Assembly (NCBI RefSeq): GCF_001194135.2
Contig: NC_068984.1
Coordinates: 90,247,659 to 90,307,735 of the forward strand
DNA length: 60,077 nucleotides
Direction: 5' to 3'
Source: Octopus bimaculoides
Taxonomy: Eukaryota
Each line of letters starts with the position of its first letter. The first letter of the stretch is position 1. Positions 22,030 through 34,701 of the stretch are shown in pieces. Made by a program: the position numbers and the translations under genes. The notes under the pieces are model-generated. The model was not told where the DNA came from, ran no database searches, and saw only the letters and a list, made by a program, of their open reading frames with translations.

Positions 22030-24150
22030 AGGTGCAAGTATCTAGCCATAATTAAATTTGATATTATGCAAAATGAACGAAGAAAAATTGAAAACAATGT
22101 ATTTGGAACGATAAAAGCCTGTATTGAGGTGATAACTTAAACCAAGAATTTGATAAATGCGATCAGCACGTAGGCGGTCGCCGTCTTGCGTTATAATGCG
22201 GAATGAAAATCCCGAAGAATGCATGAATCGCCTCATCTGAATTGAGATGTCGGTCGTATATGAATTAAAAAGAAGGTTGTGGAGGGAGTTGTTAGCATTT
22301 CGGATTGTGTGGATGGGAAGCAAAGATCAACAAACCACTTATTTGCAAAGATTGAAGAAGTATTTAAATATGGTGTTGTATAACTAGAACTTATTTGCAT
22401 TTCGACTTGAAGGGAAGAATGCAGCGAAAGAAAGGAAGTGCGAAAGATATGTAGCAGCAGGAAAACGTACACAGAGATACCAAGAATGTGAAAAATCACG
22501 ACTTATTGTGGCAGTGGCATCGAAATCGAAATAACGGGAGGAGAACAGAGAGTTTTTTGGTAGCTGGTCGAGATCAAACTCTAAATGCTAATTCAGTGAA
22601 CTGTGATAATCATTCCACAACTTCAACGAATAAGTTCCGCCTGTGTAATCAGTGAGTGGGAAATATTGACCATATTAATATCAGGCTCAAATAAAATAAA
22701 AGTAATGGCATAATAACGTTTGTTTGAAATTGGTCACTTTGTAAACCTATGGGTACAAAACTTGGAGGAGTAGAACAAATGAAATAGAACAAAGGCTCTA
22801 AATGAACATGGTAAACCAAACATTCTATAGAATCTTGATGTACTAATAGACAGATTAATTAAACACCGTAGACCAGATAATATTACAGGACAGCGAAAAC
22901 GAGAAAATTACTCATAATAGACGCTGCTATTCTTTCACACAAAAGCGTAGCAGACAAGAAAAAAAGATTCGAAATATGCCGAATTAAAAGAATAAATATC
23001 AGAATGTGCTGATAGCAACGAGCAAAAACGTAAGTCATACCAGTTTTTGTTGGAGTATTAGGTTTAAGTTACAAAAACAAGACTAAGAGAGAATCATATA
23101 ACCTTGTCGGTACAGGTAGTGTTCAGCAATGACATTTATTTCCAAGCGTAGAGTACTTCTGAGGAAAAAATACTATGATAGTGACACAATAAATCTACCG
23201 AACGAGAACGAAAGATACTGTAGATTGGAAGCTGATGGCATAAACAAAAGAACACTGAAAGACAAAATCAGAACATTTCCGAAGGATAAGGATACTAAAA
23301 TCTAATTTGAATGGTATAGATACTTCCACTGTCTTAAGCGTCAGAATTATCAAATCGACAAAGGAAGATCGTGAGAACATAGATAGAAGGACGGGAACTG
23401 CTGACAATCACAAGCAGGAAGCACGTTGCTGATAGTGATGAGGTGATTTTGAAAGCAGGAAGAATAATGGAGATATTAGCTAAAAGAAAATAATAAGGTT
23501 TGAACAAGGTTAGAAAGCAATTATTCGACTAGAAAAATGTACACGGAAGTAGTTTCTTTGTATTGTTCAAAATAAGAGTATCGAAATCAGAAATCGTTTC
23601 ATGGTCTAACAAAGTGAGTATTAAGAAAGAGGTAGAAGGCTTAATCCTAGCTAAGCTGGACCACGTGACTAAAACTATATAAATGAGGAGGAACATAGAT
23701 GAATAAGGCATCTCGGCTGCATATAGTAGACTGCGTGGTAAAAGAGAGAAGATGGTTATGCATGCAGTTTCCGAATGTAGAATGCTTGCACAGAGGTTTT
23801 ATAAGAACGTTACACATCACCGAGTTCCTTAAACAGTGCATTTACGAATCCATAAAACAAATATGTATTTGAGCATGTAGGAAAATGGTATGACCATAAA
23901 ACAGAACATGTCCATGAAACAACCATGTAAAGATGCTATGGGATAGGAGAATTTAAACGAATAAACAAATAGAATATTTACGCCCAGATGTCGTCATATT
24001 AAATGTAGAAGAGTGTGTTGCTTTATCGATGTTGTTTACCCATTTTAAAGAGAGTAATAGGCAAAGAACGTGAGAAAATAGAAAATTACCTGGCATTTCA
24101 GTGAATCTGAAATTGCCATGTTATCATTATATCATTTAAAAAAGGGATTT
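22030..24150 (+). mobile_element. Two or more decayed R4/Dong-type fragments (thumb, zinc-knuckle and endonuclease regions)
   Basis: AVAVLRYNA, KHRRPDNI..LLIIDAA..KYAEL and later RPD-like remnants; many stops; boundaries approximate. Confidence 0.55.
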
Positions 24151-24646
24151 TAGGAAGATTTGCAAGATGTTTGCTGGATGTTGTTAGCTGAAATAAATTT
24201 CCTGATTCTAAACAAAGTGTGTTGGATTTGTATAGCAAGGAGTATAATAAAGGTTCTAGATACCTAAGGTTTCTGGATGCAGCTTGATATCTAGCGAACC
24301 AATATCGACAGAACAACAACCAAATACAGAGAAGACGAAAGGAATAATAATAGTAATTATTATTATTATTATTATACTATTGCTGACTTCGTCACCATCT
24401 GCGGAATCTATTTACAGACCTCTATTTATATGGTCTATTCACCAAGCTGCTACTGCTCCTCCTACTATTCCCTTCAACACTCACATATTTATGATTATTT
24501 CAAGTTCAAGACAAAAGTTGAAACTAAACAACATTTAATAATACTTTTTAATAATAAATGGAAAGAAGAAGAAGAAGAAGAAGAAGAAGAAGAAGAAGAA
24601 GAAGAAGAAGAAGAAGAAGAAGAAGAAGAAGAAGAAGAAGAAGAAG

Positions 24647-25639
24647 GGTCTCGGAAAATAGCTGCAGAGATAACGATGAAAATGCAATTTTTACTAATGA
24701 AAGTAACTTCCAGCAAAACGGTGAGCATCTGGAAGGTCCCGGGACCAGATGGAGTTCAAGGCTACTGGATCAAAAGATTTGGTGAATCTCATGCACGAAT
24801 GGCTGCGCAACTCAACACCTTGTTAAATGCTGACCAAGTAATACCAGAGTGAATGACATTGGGTAGGACAGTGCTGTGCCTGAAAGACATCGAAAAAAGC
24901 AATACGGTAGACAATTACAGGCCGATATCCTGTTTGCCACTTTTGTAGAAGTTATTGACTGGAATACTCGCAGAGTCAATGTACGAACATCTGGAAAAAA
25001 TGGAGTTCTGCCACATGAGTGGAAGGGTTGCAAGCGTAAGTGCAGATGTACCAAGGATCAACTCCTGATAGACAAAACTGTACTTAGAGACTGCAAGAGA
25101 AGGAAACTTAACTTAACCATGTCATGGATCGACTATCGTAAGGCGTATAATATGATTCCTATTTAGTACTGCATCGAATGTTGAACGATTGCTTGGGAAA
25201 AGTATGGCGAATTGGAGGACGGACTTGACAGCATACGGAAGAAGTTTAGGGACAGTAGACATCAGAAAGGGCATCTTCCAAGGAGACTGCCTGTCCCCAC
25301 GGATCTTTGTACTGTGCTTCATACCTCTAACACTGATACTGAGGAAAGCAAACGTTGGGTATGTATTCAAAAGCCGCCAATAAAATGTCAACCATTTGTT
25401 ATTCATGGATGATCTCAGACTTTATGGTAATGTTGAAGCCCACGTCAGTTCCCTCGTTGATACGGTGTATACTTTCAGTGTTGATATCAGAATGGGGTTC
25501 GGGTCGAGAAAGTGTGGTGTGATAGTCTTGAAGAGAGGCAAAATCAAATGTATGGACGGGCTATCGATACTGTCGGGGAAGGTTATGAAGCAGATAGAAG
25601 AGACGAGCTATAAGTACTTGGGGGTTTTGGAAACGGAGG

Positions 25640-25645
<6 letters not shown>
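24647..25645 (+). mobile_element. R4/Dong-type RT core, 5'-bounded by (GAA)n and 3'-bounded by (TAA)n
   Basis: [64 protein letters not shown] across frameshifted ORFs. Confidence 0.92.
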
Positions 25646-25670
<25 letters not shown>

Positions 25671-25673
<3 letters not shown>

Positions 25674-25965
25674 GAGTCAAAATTAAAAGAAGAGTGCCAT
25701 TTGCTATCTTGTGAACAATATTTCGACATCTTGCGTGTCTTCCACTGGTTCAAAAAATAAATTTGTCAATCTACTTCATTTTCGTTAATATAGAAAGGAT
25801 TGAGGTAACTCCTCCTGAAGATATAGAGTCAAAATTAAAAGAAGAGTGCCATTTGCTATCTTGTGAACAATATTTCGACATCTTGCGTGTCTTCCACTGG
25901 TTCAAAAAATAAATTTGTCAATCTACTTCATTTTGGTTAATATAGAAAGGATTGAGGTAACTCTT

Positions 25966-25970
<5 letters not shown>
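25671..25970. repeat. Near-perfect tandem duplication, 152-bp unit
   Basis: ATAGAGTCAAAATTAAAAGAAGAG... starts at 25671 and again at 25823; few mismatches seen. Confidence 0.95.
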
Positions 25971-26028
<58 letters not shown>

Positions 26029-26044
26029 TAACGTTTAACAGAGT

Positions 26045-28080
26045 TATGGGCCAACAATTATCCTTTATTTGGGTACTTTTACAGAAGTGCCGGCGGTCCT
26101 TGATTCACAGAACGAGGAATTTTCCAGTTCTACTGCTAGTTGCATTAGGTATCTACCAAGAAGTCTTCTAACAAGTTTGATATATAAAACTAAAGCTAGT
26201 AAAGTAGACCATTTTAAGCAGGTGATTTGCCCCAGAATGCAGTTAACCATCAATCGCCGTATTTAAATGGTTCGGATCGACTTTTACAACACTCCGTTTC
26301 TCATGACGAGTGGTCACTGAAATCTTCCTGCGTTCCTGTCCACCTCTCGTCACGAATAGTCCAACAAAGTGCTACAGAAAAATCGAAAGCATCTGCTTGT
26401 GGTGAAATAACATACACCCGCTACGGTCCAACAAAGGCTGAACTTTGACTTTGTTGTCACGTTGCACCTTCACCAATCATGTTCGATCATACGCATTAGC
26501 TTTGACAATGCGGTCTCCATGTTGAAGAATTGTTCGAGAGCTAATCTCCCTGCGAGCACGTCAATTTCCATGCTTTTCCTAAGCGTCTCTTCTAAGTTCG
26601 TAAATTCCCCCTCTACTCTAATTTCGTCTATCACTACAAAATAAATAAACCTTATCTATTTAACTCCTTTTCGTTAATCAGGACTCTGTAAGCTTGGCGC
26701 TCCGGGAACGACATGTTCAGCTTCCAGTGACAGGGTACAGTCCACGTGGTGCTGTCAGACAACCAGAAAACTCTAAGCATGTTTGGGAAACTTTTGCACT
26801 CCACCATCCGGCAGTATTCGAAACGAGCATCTCAGAGGGAATTTAAATCGCCCATTATCATTAAAGATCGGGCTTCCCATGAAAATTGCTAGACGACTGA
26901 AGAAATTTGGGTATAGATGACTACTAGTCTGTCAGTGACCTTTCACTGATGTTTACGTCCTAGACCAAGTTACCCTTTGGGTTCATGAAGATATTTCCTA
27001 TAGTGAGATTAAGACACTTACGAAACAACACAGCCACTCCACCTCTCGATTTCGAGACGTGTTCGTTTCGTATCCAGTGAAAATTATGGTCACGCTGATG
27101 GCCCCGATCCTGTGAATTCAGGTCGCTGAATAGGGTGGCCCTACTTCCATGGTGACCCTGGGTTTCGTTCATTTATACTGCTTATGCTAAGTAAGCCCAT
27201 ATTATATTGAATTTGTAAGGCGATAAAGGCCCACTTAGTTCCTGTGAAGAGACAGGTATTCCGTCCCATTGACTGATTATGGGTGTTTCCACAATCAGAC
27301 CTTTAAACAGTCTTTTCTTTATATTTTCCCTGAAGTATCCTACACCACTGGGATATTCATTTTTTAAAATGTTTTGTGGTATGCTTTGTGGTACTTGGAT
27401 GATTTTGATGCGTGCAGGAAAAATATTAGCAAATGTAACATAGTTATTGTGTTTGACACTTGAACGTCGCTGTATGTGATCCATTAGATTTTATTGATCG
27501 TGTTTATTATCATGTAGTTATTGATGTCATTTTTGTTCGTGTTGGAAAGTTTTGACTGTTGGTACGTATGTGAATTAGGTTTTGCTTCTAAGGTTGGTGT
27601 CTGTGATAATGGTTGTGGTGTTGGTGATGAAGATGACGATGTTAATAGTTGTGATGTAGCTGCTAAGGGTCAGTGCATCGTTGCTCGAAAACAACTCCTA
27701 CATATATTCATATCTCCCAGTTTTTTTTCTTTTATCGATGGCATATTATTGCTTTTTTTTTTCATTTTTCTTTCCATTATTAAGTGTTTACCATTTAGGC
27801 ATTTTATCTTCACCATCACCATCACCACACGACATGCCTGCGGGGTGTGATTCGGGGAGTGATATATCTTGGGGGTTTGTGGTTTTGCTCTGTTATTGGC
27901 ACTTCTGTTGTTCTTTGAGGGGTTTTCTGTTGTTGTTGTCTTGTTATCTGTGATATGGTAGTCCATGATAGTAGTGTATCTTCTATTGTTTCGATTGCAG
28001 TTACCTCCATCGTCGATATTGTTGTCGCCGTTGTTGGTGTAGGGGCGTCTTCTAGTCTTGTAGCAGATGCTGCTATCATT
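26045..28080 (-). mobile_element. Decayed L1/Tx1-like LINE (ORF1-like remnant, APE endonuclease, start of RT)
   Basis: In order on the minus strand: CRSCF..H knuckle-like, IIQVPQSIPQ, ETQ..SRGGVAVLFRK, IMGDLN, LLDRSG..HFVGLF and GKSPA*NGLLY (GKSPGxDGLP-like). Confidence 0.7.
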
Positions 28081-28084
28081 GTTG

Positions 28085-28450
28085 CTATGGTGTTTCGAGG
28101 ACTGAAAGTTCAGTGGAGTCAGAATATTTTCTCAGAAAATGTGCTTTAGATTGTTCATTAACATTACAGTCATTTGGAATAAAATACCTGACAATTTCAG
28201 TAGATGCAGTGTTATTGTACCTGATTTCATACCTGTACCTATGAAATCTATCGCTTAACTTTTCTGTTGTGCAAATAATATAAATCAAATAGTGTTTGAC
28301 GCATTCAGCTACGTACAACACATGGGGATTGTTACAGCACCACCTTTTGTATAAATTGTAACATTTCTTTTAGAATTTGTAATGGAGATGACCTGACTCA
28401 TACTTTTGCACAGTAAACAGAGCTTACCTCTCTTGCGAAGTCAAATCGAA
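28085..28450 (-). mobile_element. Penelope-like GIY-YIG endonuclease fragment
   Basis: RGKLCLLC Zn-linker, LYVAECVKHYLIYI.CT.EKLSDRF..YRYEI; homologous to 33782-34110. Confidence 0.75.
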
Positions 28451-28937
28451 TAATCGAACATTATAAACAAAAATAACAAAACAACAGGACGTGCATATGG
28501 AATGTATTAGTTAGACGCTCGGTAAATGTGGAAAACAGAGACGGTTTTACAAATGCATATATATATGTATATATATATATATATATATNNNNNNNNNNNN
28601 NNNNNNNNNNNNNNNNNNNNNNNNNNNNNNNNNNNNNNNNNNNNNNNNNNNNNNNNNNNNNNNNNNNNNNNNNNNNNNNNNNNNNNNNNNNNNNNNNNNN
28701 NNNNNNNNNNNNNNNNNNNNNNNNNNNNNNNNNNNNNNNNNNNNNNNNNNNNNNNNNNNNNNNNNNNNNNNNNNNNNNNNNNNNNNNNNNNNNNNNNNNN
28801 NNNNNNNNNNNNNNNNNNNNNNNNNNNNNNNNNNNNNNNNNNNNNNNNNNNNNNNNNNNNNNNNNNNNNNNNNNNNNNNNNNNNNNNNNNNNNNNNNNNN
28901 NNNNNNNNNNNNNNNNNNNNNNNNNNNNNNNTATACA

Positions 28938-29980
28938 TACGAGGGTGACTCAAAATTTATACGCGTTCTTGTTTTTTCAATGTATTTACACAAAAGCAGG
29001 GGAAAAACAAGTACGTCATTTTTCTATATAGTCTCCTTCCTTTTCGATGCACTTGATCCAGCGATCCACAAGCTTGCGTATTCCCTCCTAGAAGAATGTT
29101 TTTGGTTGGTCATACAACCATTTATACACCGCTTCCTCCACATCTTCATCCGTAAGAAATCGACGACCTCGTAAACCATCTTTGAGCGGTCCAAAGATAT
29201 GATAGTCGGAAGGGACGAGATCTGGGCTGTAGGCAAAGTGTTCCAGTACCTCAAAACCTAATTGGCTTATGGTTTCAAAGGTCTGGGCGGCCGTGTGTGG
29301 ATGTGCATTGTCATGCAACAACAAAAATTTCTTCGGCAATAGGCGTCAGTGTTTGGTGCGAACTGCTGGCTTCAGTTTGTTGGCCAGCAAAGCACTGTAT
29401 CTTGCACTGTTGATAGTACATTACTTTTCAAGGTTGTCTTCCAGTATAGACCCTTTTGAGTCTCAAAAGAGGGTTAGCATCACTTTTCCCGCGGAAGACC
29501 GAGTCTTCAATTTTTACGTCGCGGTAAACCAGGATGTTTCCACCCAGTACTCTGACTTTTAGATTCTACCTTATAACAATGGACCCATATTTCATTTCTT
29601 GTGACTATTCTGCTCAAACTTTCGTCGCCTTTATTGTTGTAGCGATCGAGTAAACGTTGGCATGCCTCAAGACGTTTGCGCTTGTACTCTGCAGTAAGCG
29701 CTCTTGGTACCCATCTTGCACAGACTTTATGGAAGCCGAGCTCATCGTAGATTGATTTGATAGGCAGAACCATGACTAATCTACAGAGAATAAGCTGTCT
29801 CATTGATGATAACTCGCCGGTTCACCATTATTAACTCACGAGCTAACTGAATCTTCTCGTTAGTGGTGGAGTTCGACGGGCGTCCAACGCCCTCTCTTCA
29901 TGCGTCACGTTCGTCCAGCCACTTTTAAACTTCCCGATCCACTCATACACAGTTCTATGCGGTAATGCACTGTCCCCGTA
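28938..29980 (-). mobile_element. Mariner relic, 5' end missing
   Basis: TIR TACGAGGGTGACTCAAAA at 28938; WVPRALT, IVTRNEIWVH, HDNAHPH, YSPDLVPSDYHIF motifs in frameshifted ORFs. Confidence 0.92.
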
Positions 29981-29984
29981 TTGT

Positions 29985-31390
29985 ACTAAAAGCCTCCGAT
30001 GAATTTCAGCACCTGACACACATTGAAATGGCAGTGCACATGCTCAAAGATGGGAAATCCCCAGGAATAGCTAACGTCTCAACTGAGCTCCTAAAACATG
30101 GAGGACCAAAGCTTATCAAAGCACTAACAGTTACCTGTCAGAGGATATGGGAGACAAAGCAGTGACCAAAGGAGTTGACACAATCACTGAGGATACTCAT
30201 TCCCAAGAAAGGCAACTTTAAACTCTACCAAAATTATAGAACAATCAACCTAATTAGCCATCCCAGCAAAGTATTGCTAACAATTCTGTTAAACAAACAT
30301 AAGGCAAAAGCAAAAGAAATCCTTGCAGAAGAACAGACATGATTTAGGCCTAAAGGGAATATTTTGGAGCAGATGTTTAATATTAGACTGCTGACTGAAA
30401 AACACCAATCTGACATCTATCACTTTATCAACTTCAAAAATGCCTTTGACCGTGTTTTGCATGGTGGGTTGTTGCAGGTGGTGAAGAATTACAACTTCGA
30501 CAGCCTCATCGAATTAATCCACACAAGCATTGCAGTTTTCCTGACCTCCACCCCTCTTTTTCAATTGAAGGACGGCCGATTTTCAACCTGCGCTTTGCTA
30601 ATGGTAATGACCTGTTGAGAAGCAGTGAAGTAGAACTACAGGAGCTCACCTCCAGACTGTAAAATGTATCAAGAGCATAAGGGATGAAAATCTGCCCAGA
30701 GGAGAGCAAGACACTGGTAAACAGTAACAACCAGAACACAGCTACCAGCATCATGCTAAACGGAGAGAGATTTGTTGAAGTGAACACCTGCAAGTACCTA
30801 GGATCCACTTTGAGCAAGGATGGCGGACCTCAAAAGAAGATAACATGACTCAGTTTAGCATCTACTGCCTTCACAATGCTGAAGACCATATGGAAAAGCA
30901 ATTCCATTAGTTTTCCAAAAAGACTCAGAGTGAACAAGTCCCTGGAGACTACGATCCTTCTATACATACGGGCGCAAGAGTTGAACTCTTACAGCTCACA
31001 TGTAGCAAAGAATCAGGCATTTGAGCACGAGTGCTTCAGAAGGTTGCTATATATCCCGTACACAGAGCACATAATGAACAGCTTTGTCAGGTAGTAAGTC
31101 AACAAATACACTGGTAGTCAGGAACTGATCCTTGTTCAGGTAAAAGGACGAAAGCTTATATGGTACTGTCATGTATCCCGTCAGAATTCCCTGTCCAAAA
31201 ACATTCTTCAGGGCATAGTTGGGGGGAGAACGAAAGTGAGGCAGACGGAGAAAATCCTGGTTTGACAACATGAAGGACTTGACAGGTCACGATACAGCAA
31301 CCCTGCTACATATGACGAAAGCGCCTAGAGTGGCTTCCCAACGACTGACTGCATTAGTTAAAGGATCTTGATGATGATGATGATGATGAT
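29985..31390 (+). mobile_element. 5'-truncated decayed RTE-clade LINE ending in a (GAT)n tail
   Basis: LKDGKSPG, IPKKGN..NYRTINLISHPSK, FKNAFDRV, FKYLGS-like, QAFEHECFRRLL, SKNILQG..GRRRKSW-like motifs. Confidence 0.85.
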
Positions 31391-31540
31391 GTATATATAA
31401 GAGACAATTTATAAAATATAAGCCCTGTCTGAATGGTCGACAAATAATTTCTAGGAATTACAATATAAAGAACACTAACATACAACAAGGGGCGTTCCGG
31501 ATATACATACACGTCAACGTACGTACAAATTTTCTGTATG

Positions 31541-31634
<94 letters not shown>

Positions 31635-32033
31635 CATATACATGTATATATACAAACATACATACATGCATACATACAATGTATCATCAATTTGTGTATG
31701 TATATGCGTGTGTGTTACTATGTGTATGAATGTGTGTGTGTCTGTATATCCTACAAAGTTAGCTTAATTTTTTTTTTTCTAATAATCTATATACCATACT
31801 TTCTATGTTGTGCTAGATGGCCAAACTAAGCAGTTGAATTTTTGTTTGACTTGTCTAGGAACAAAGTTAACTAATTGTGCCTTACTTTTTAACCTGACAC
31901 CCTCATTCTTCTCTTACCCACTATTGCTATTGTTCCTAGGACTACTCTGACAGGTTAAGGACAAGAAGTCAGAAATGCTATTGACAACGGGGAAGCACAG
32001 AGACGGCAATCATCTGCGAAGACGGAACGATCA

Positions 32034-32070
<37 letters not shown>

Positions 32071-32072
<2 letters not shown>

Positions 32073-32659
32073 CCACCGTCACTAAAAGTAACCAAAGGTG
32101 AAGTGAGCACTGGCATTGCTAGAAATAAGAGTCATAGACACTTTAACCACATAAAGCACGTGTTCTATTTGAACTGACAGGAGAGATAACCTCCCCACAG
32201 CAAGGGATTTGCATTACATTAGCATGCTAATTTCGTATAGAAATTAATATTCATCAGTAATGCTCACTTCATTACTGATGGTGAAGTTGAATTCACGCCT
32301 GTCAGTATTATAGAAAATACTATAGGCATCAGTTGCTGATTCCACAAAATGGTAATGTGAAAATCATAGACACAATTTCAAACCAAAAAGAGTCATAGGT
32401 ACTTTGCTATTTTGTGGAATCAGCAGCTGATTCCTATGGTATTTTCTATAATACTGACAGGCGAGAGAGCCTTACTGATGAGTATTAATTTCTATACAAA
32501 ATTAGCATGCTAATTTAATGCAATTCGCTTGATTTGGGAAGGTTGTCTCCCCTGTCAGTTCAAATAGAACACTTGCTTTATGTGGCTAAATAGTCTATTA
32601 CTTATTTCTAACAACGCCGGTGTTCACTGCAGTCTTGGTCACTTTTAGTGACGGTGAAT
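32071..32659. mobile_element. Foldback/MITE-like element, 589 bp, inverted arms over almost its whole length, TA on both flanks
   Basis: Left end ATCCACCGTCACTAAAAGTAACCAA versus right end TTGGTCACTTTTAGTGACGGTGAAT; internal blocks pair (GTTCTATTTGAACTGACAGG, TTAGCATGCTAATTT, CGCCTGTCAGTATTATAGAAAATAC, CTGATTCCACAAAAT); central spacer about 32358-32405. Confidence 0.9.
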
Positions 32660-32707
32660 TATTTCCATTTTAGCTTAAGATTGCGTCTAGCCACCTTAAT
32701 TATGTTT

Positions 32708-32749
<42 letters not shown>

Positions 32750-32750
<1 letters not shown>

Positions 32751-33620
32751 GCCAGGGGGTACTCAAAAGAAACTGGAATTTCGCGATATTATTTTACTCA
32801 CTTAGTTTTATATGTTTACACTTTTATCGCCTTCAAAGTATTCTCTATTTGAAGCAACGCATTGGTCCAGGCGCGTTTTCCACTATTCGAAGCAGTGCTG
32901 AAACCTCTTGCAAAGTGATACCTTTCACGCCTGCGTCGTTTTTCTCTTCACCTCTTCCACATCTGCAAATACTGTAGCACCAGCTTTTGTCACCAATGTT
33001 GACCTTCGAAAAAAAGCCCGGATCAACGTCCAGCTGTTCTTTCAGCTCACGACACGCATTCAGTCGTGACTACTTATGATCTTCCGTGAGCAAGTGAAAC
33101 ACAAATTTTGCTGCAACGCTTTTCATTCGCTATACCCCGCTCAAAATTCGTTGGGAGAAGCTTCAGAACCCACCAGTCATATCAACAAGTTCATCAATTG
33201 TTCAGTGATGTTCTTCCAAGATCAGTTCATGAACCTTCGTGATGTTTTCATTCGTTCAGGAGGTCGATGGTCGCCCTGAACGAGGCTGGTCTTCAATCGA
33301 CAAGTGACCATTGCTAGAGCATGAAAACCAGTCGTAAACTTGTGTTATGTTCATGGAAGCGTCCTTGTAGGCTGTTTGAAGAATGACAACTGTTTCAGCC
33401 GCTGTTTTCCCCAGCAGAAAACAGAATTTTACGGAAGCACGCTGTTCCTTCGCTTCAGCTATCGCAAAAATCGATGAACAGGGGAGAAGTACTGTAACAA
33501 AGACGCACCACGTGCCAGAACAACTTCACTCGATGACATACTGATGCCTGAAGTGGCATCTAGTAGTGGAAACTTGAACTAAAACAAACATTTCCAGCTA
33601 CTTTGGGGTACCCACTCGTA
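32750..33620 (-). mobile_element. Internally deleted mariner (871 bp) with both TIRs
   Basis: TGCCAGGGGGTACTCAAAAGAAACTGGAA versus rc TACGAGTGGGTACCCCAAAGTAGCTGGAA; N-terminal transposase remnants (QVYDWFS, EDQPRSGRPST). Confidence 0.85.
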
Positions 33621-33622
33621 TA

Positions 33623-33710
33623 CAGTGATCTCTCGCCATATCGCGGTTCACCTATCGCGGTTTATTATTTAAGCTTACGTCGATTCCTCCGTGGTGTTTT
33701 TTCTTTCCAT
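33623..33710. mobile_element. pogo/Tigger-like terminal fragment
   Basis: TA|CAGTGATCTCTCGCCATATCGCGGTTCACCTATCGCGG resembles Tigger-type TIRs. Confidence 0.55.
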
Positions 33711-33781
33711 TTATAACAAAATAGATTTTTTCTCGTAGTTTCAGCTTAGAGCTATGGCCATGCTAGAGCACCGCCGTGTTG

Positions 33782-34110
33782 CTACACTGTTTTTACTGAG
33801 AGAATATGCACTTTCAAGTCTTCTTCAAAATTGCAGCCGCTTGAAATGAAATGTTCAGCAAGTTCTGTCGAACTACTGTTATTGTGCCTGACGTCGAATC
33901 TGTGCCCATTAAAACTTTTGTTTAATCGTTCTTTTGTACAACCAACATAAATTAAGTTATGTTTCGTGCATTCTGCAGCGTACACCAAATGGGAATCTTT
34001 ACATGTTCCACCTTCTGTATAAATCATAACATTTCTGTTATGATTTCTGATGGAATTCACTTCACTCATGTTGTTGCACAGTGAACAGGGCTTACCTCTC
34101 TTGTGCCTGT
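33782..34110 (-). mobile_element. Penelope-like GIY-YIG endonuclease fragment
   Basis: RGKPCSLC, TCKDSHLVYAAECTKHNLIYVGCTKERLNKSFNGHRFDV..LAEHF (VY..C..C/H..YVG.T..L..R..H pattern). Confidence 0.88.
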
Positions 34111-34122
34111 TCTTTAAGATAC

Positions 34123-34317
34123 AGAAAATTCTAACTGGGTCCCACCTGCGAGGTCATGCGCTGTTTATTTTGATATGAGATCACCATGTCACGCACATAT
34201 GGTTGTGATGCATGTGCCTGGTGTACCCTTATCAGACGGGTAGTCATGATGGGTATAATGGGCTTCGTATATTTGTACCCCAGTGTCATTCTAATGGCAT
34301 GCACTGCTCTCTCACTC
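34123..34317 (+). mobile_element. Second copy of the (AAT)n-tailed non-coding element 3' part
   Basis: Alignable to 15060-15254 and followed by (AAT)n. Confidence 0.8.
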
Positions 34318-34701
34318 AATAATAATAATAATAATAAATTAATAGTTTTATTTGACTTACTAACTAAACTTAATAACCATAATAATAATTTTTATAGTAT
34401 TGTATAGTTTATAGCTTGTATTCTTATTGCAACAATCTAATTTTGCTACTTCTGAAAGAATTAATAAAACTTGAAAATACACTATTTATAGTCCTTTATC
34501 TAAAAAATGATATTGGTTATATTTATCATGGATCGGTACTCAATCCTTTTTTTTTTTTTTTGTCGTACTTTATTTTATTTACTGAGTTCTCTCTTCCATA
34601 ATATACGTCTATAGGGACATTTAGTTGTTAGTTACTTTGAATAATCCTTCGAATTTGGTTATTCTGACAAACTAGTAATATTTCTATATCCATTATTCTT
34701 T

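Noticed and set aside
28411-28436. Conserved AG|GTAAG donor in both GIY-YIG fragments (also 34080-34104), suggesting a PLE intron
   Set aside because: It coincides with codons for R-G-K in a continuous reading frame, which explains the conservation.
32470-32490. CTGATGAG inside the foldback element
   Set aside because: It is part of the inverted arm with no downstream GAAA.
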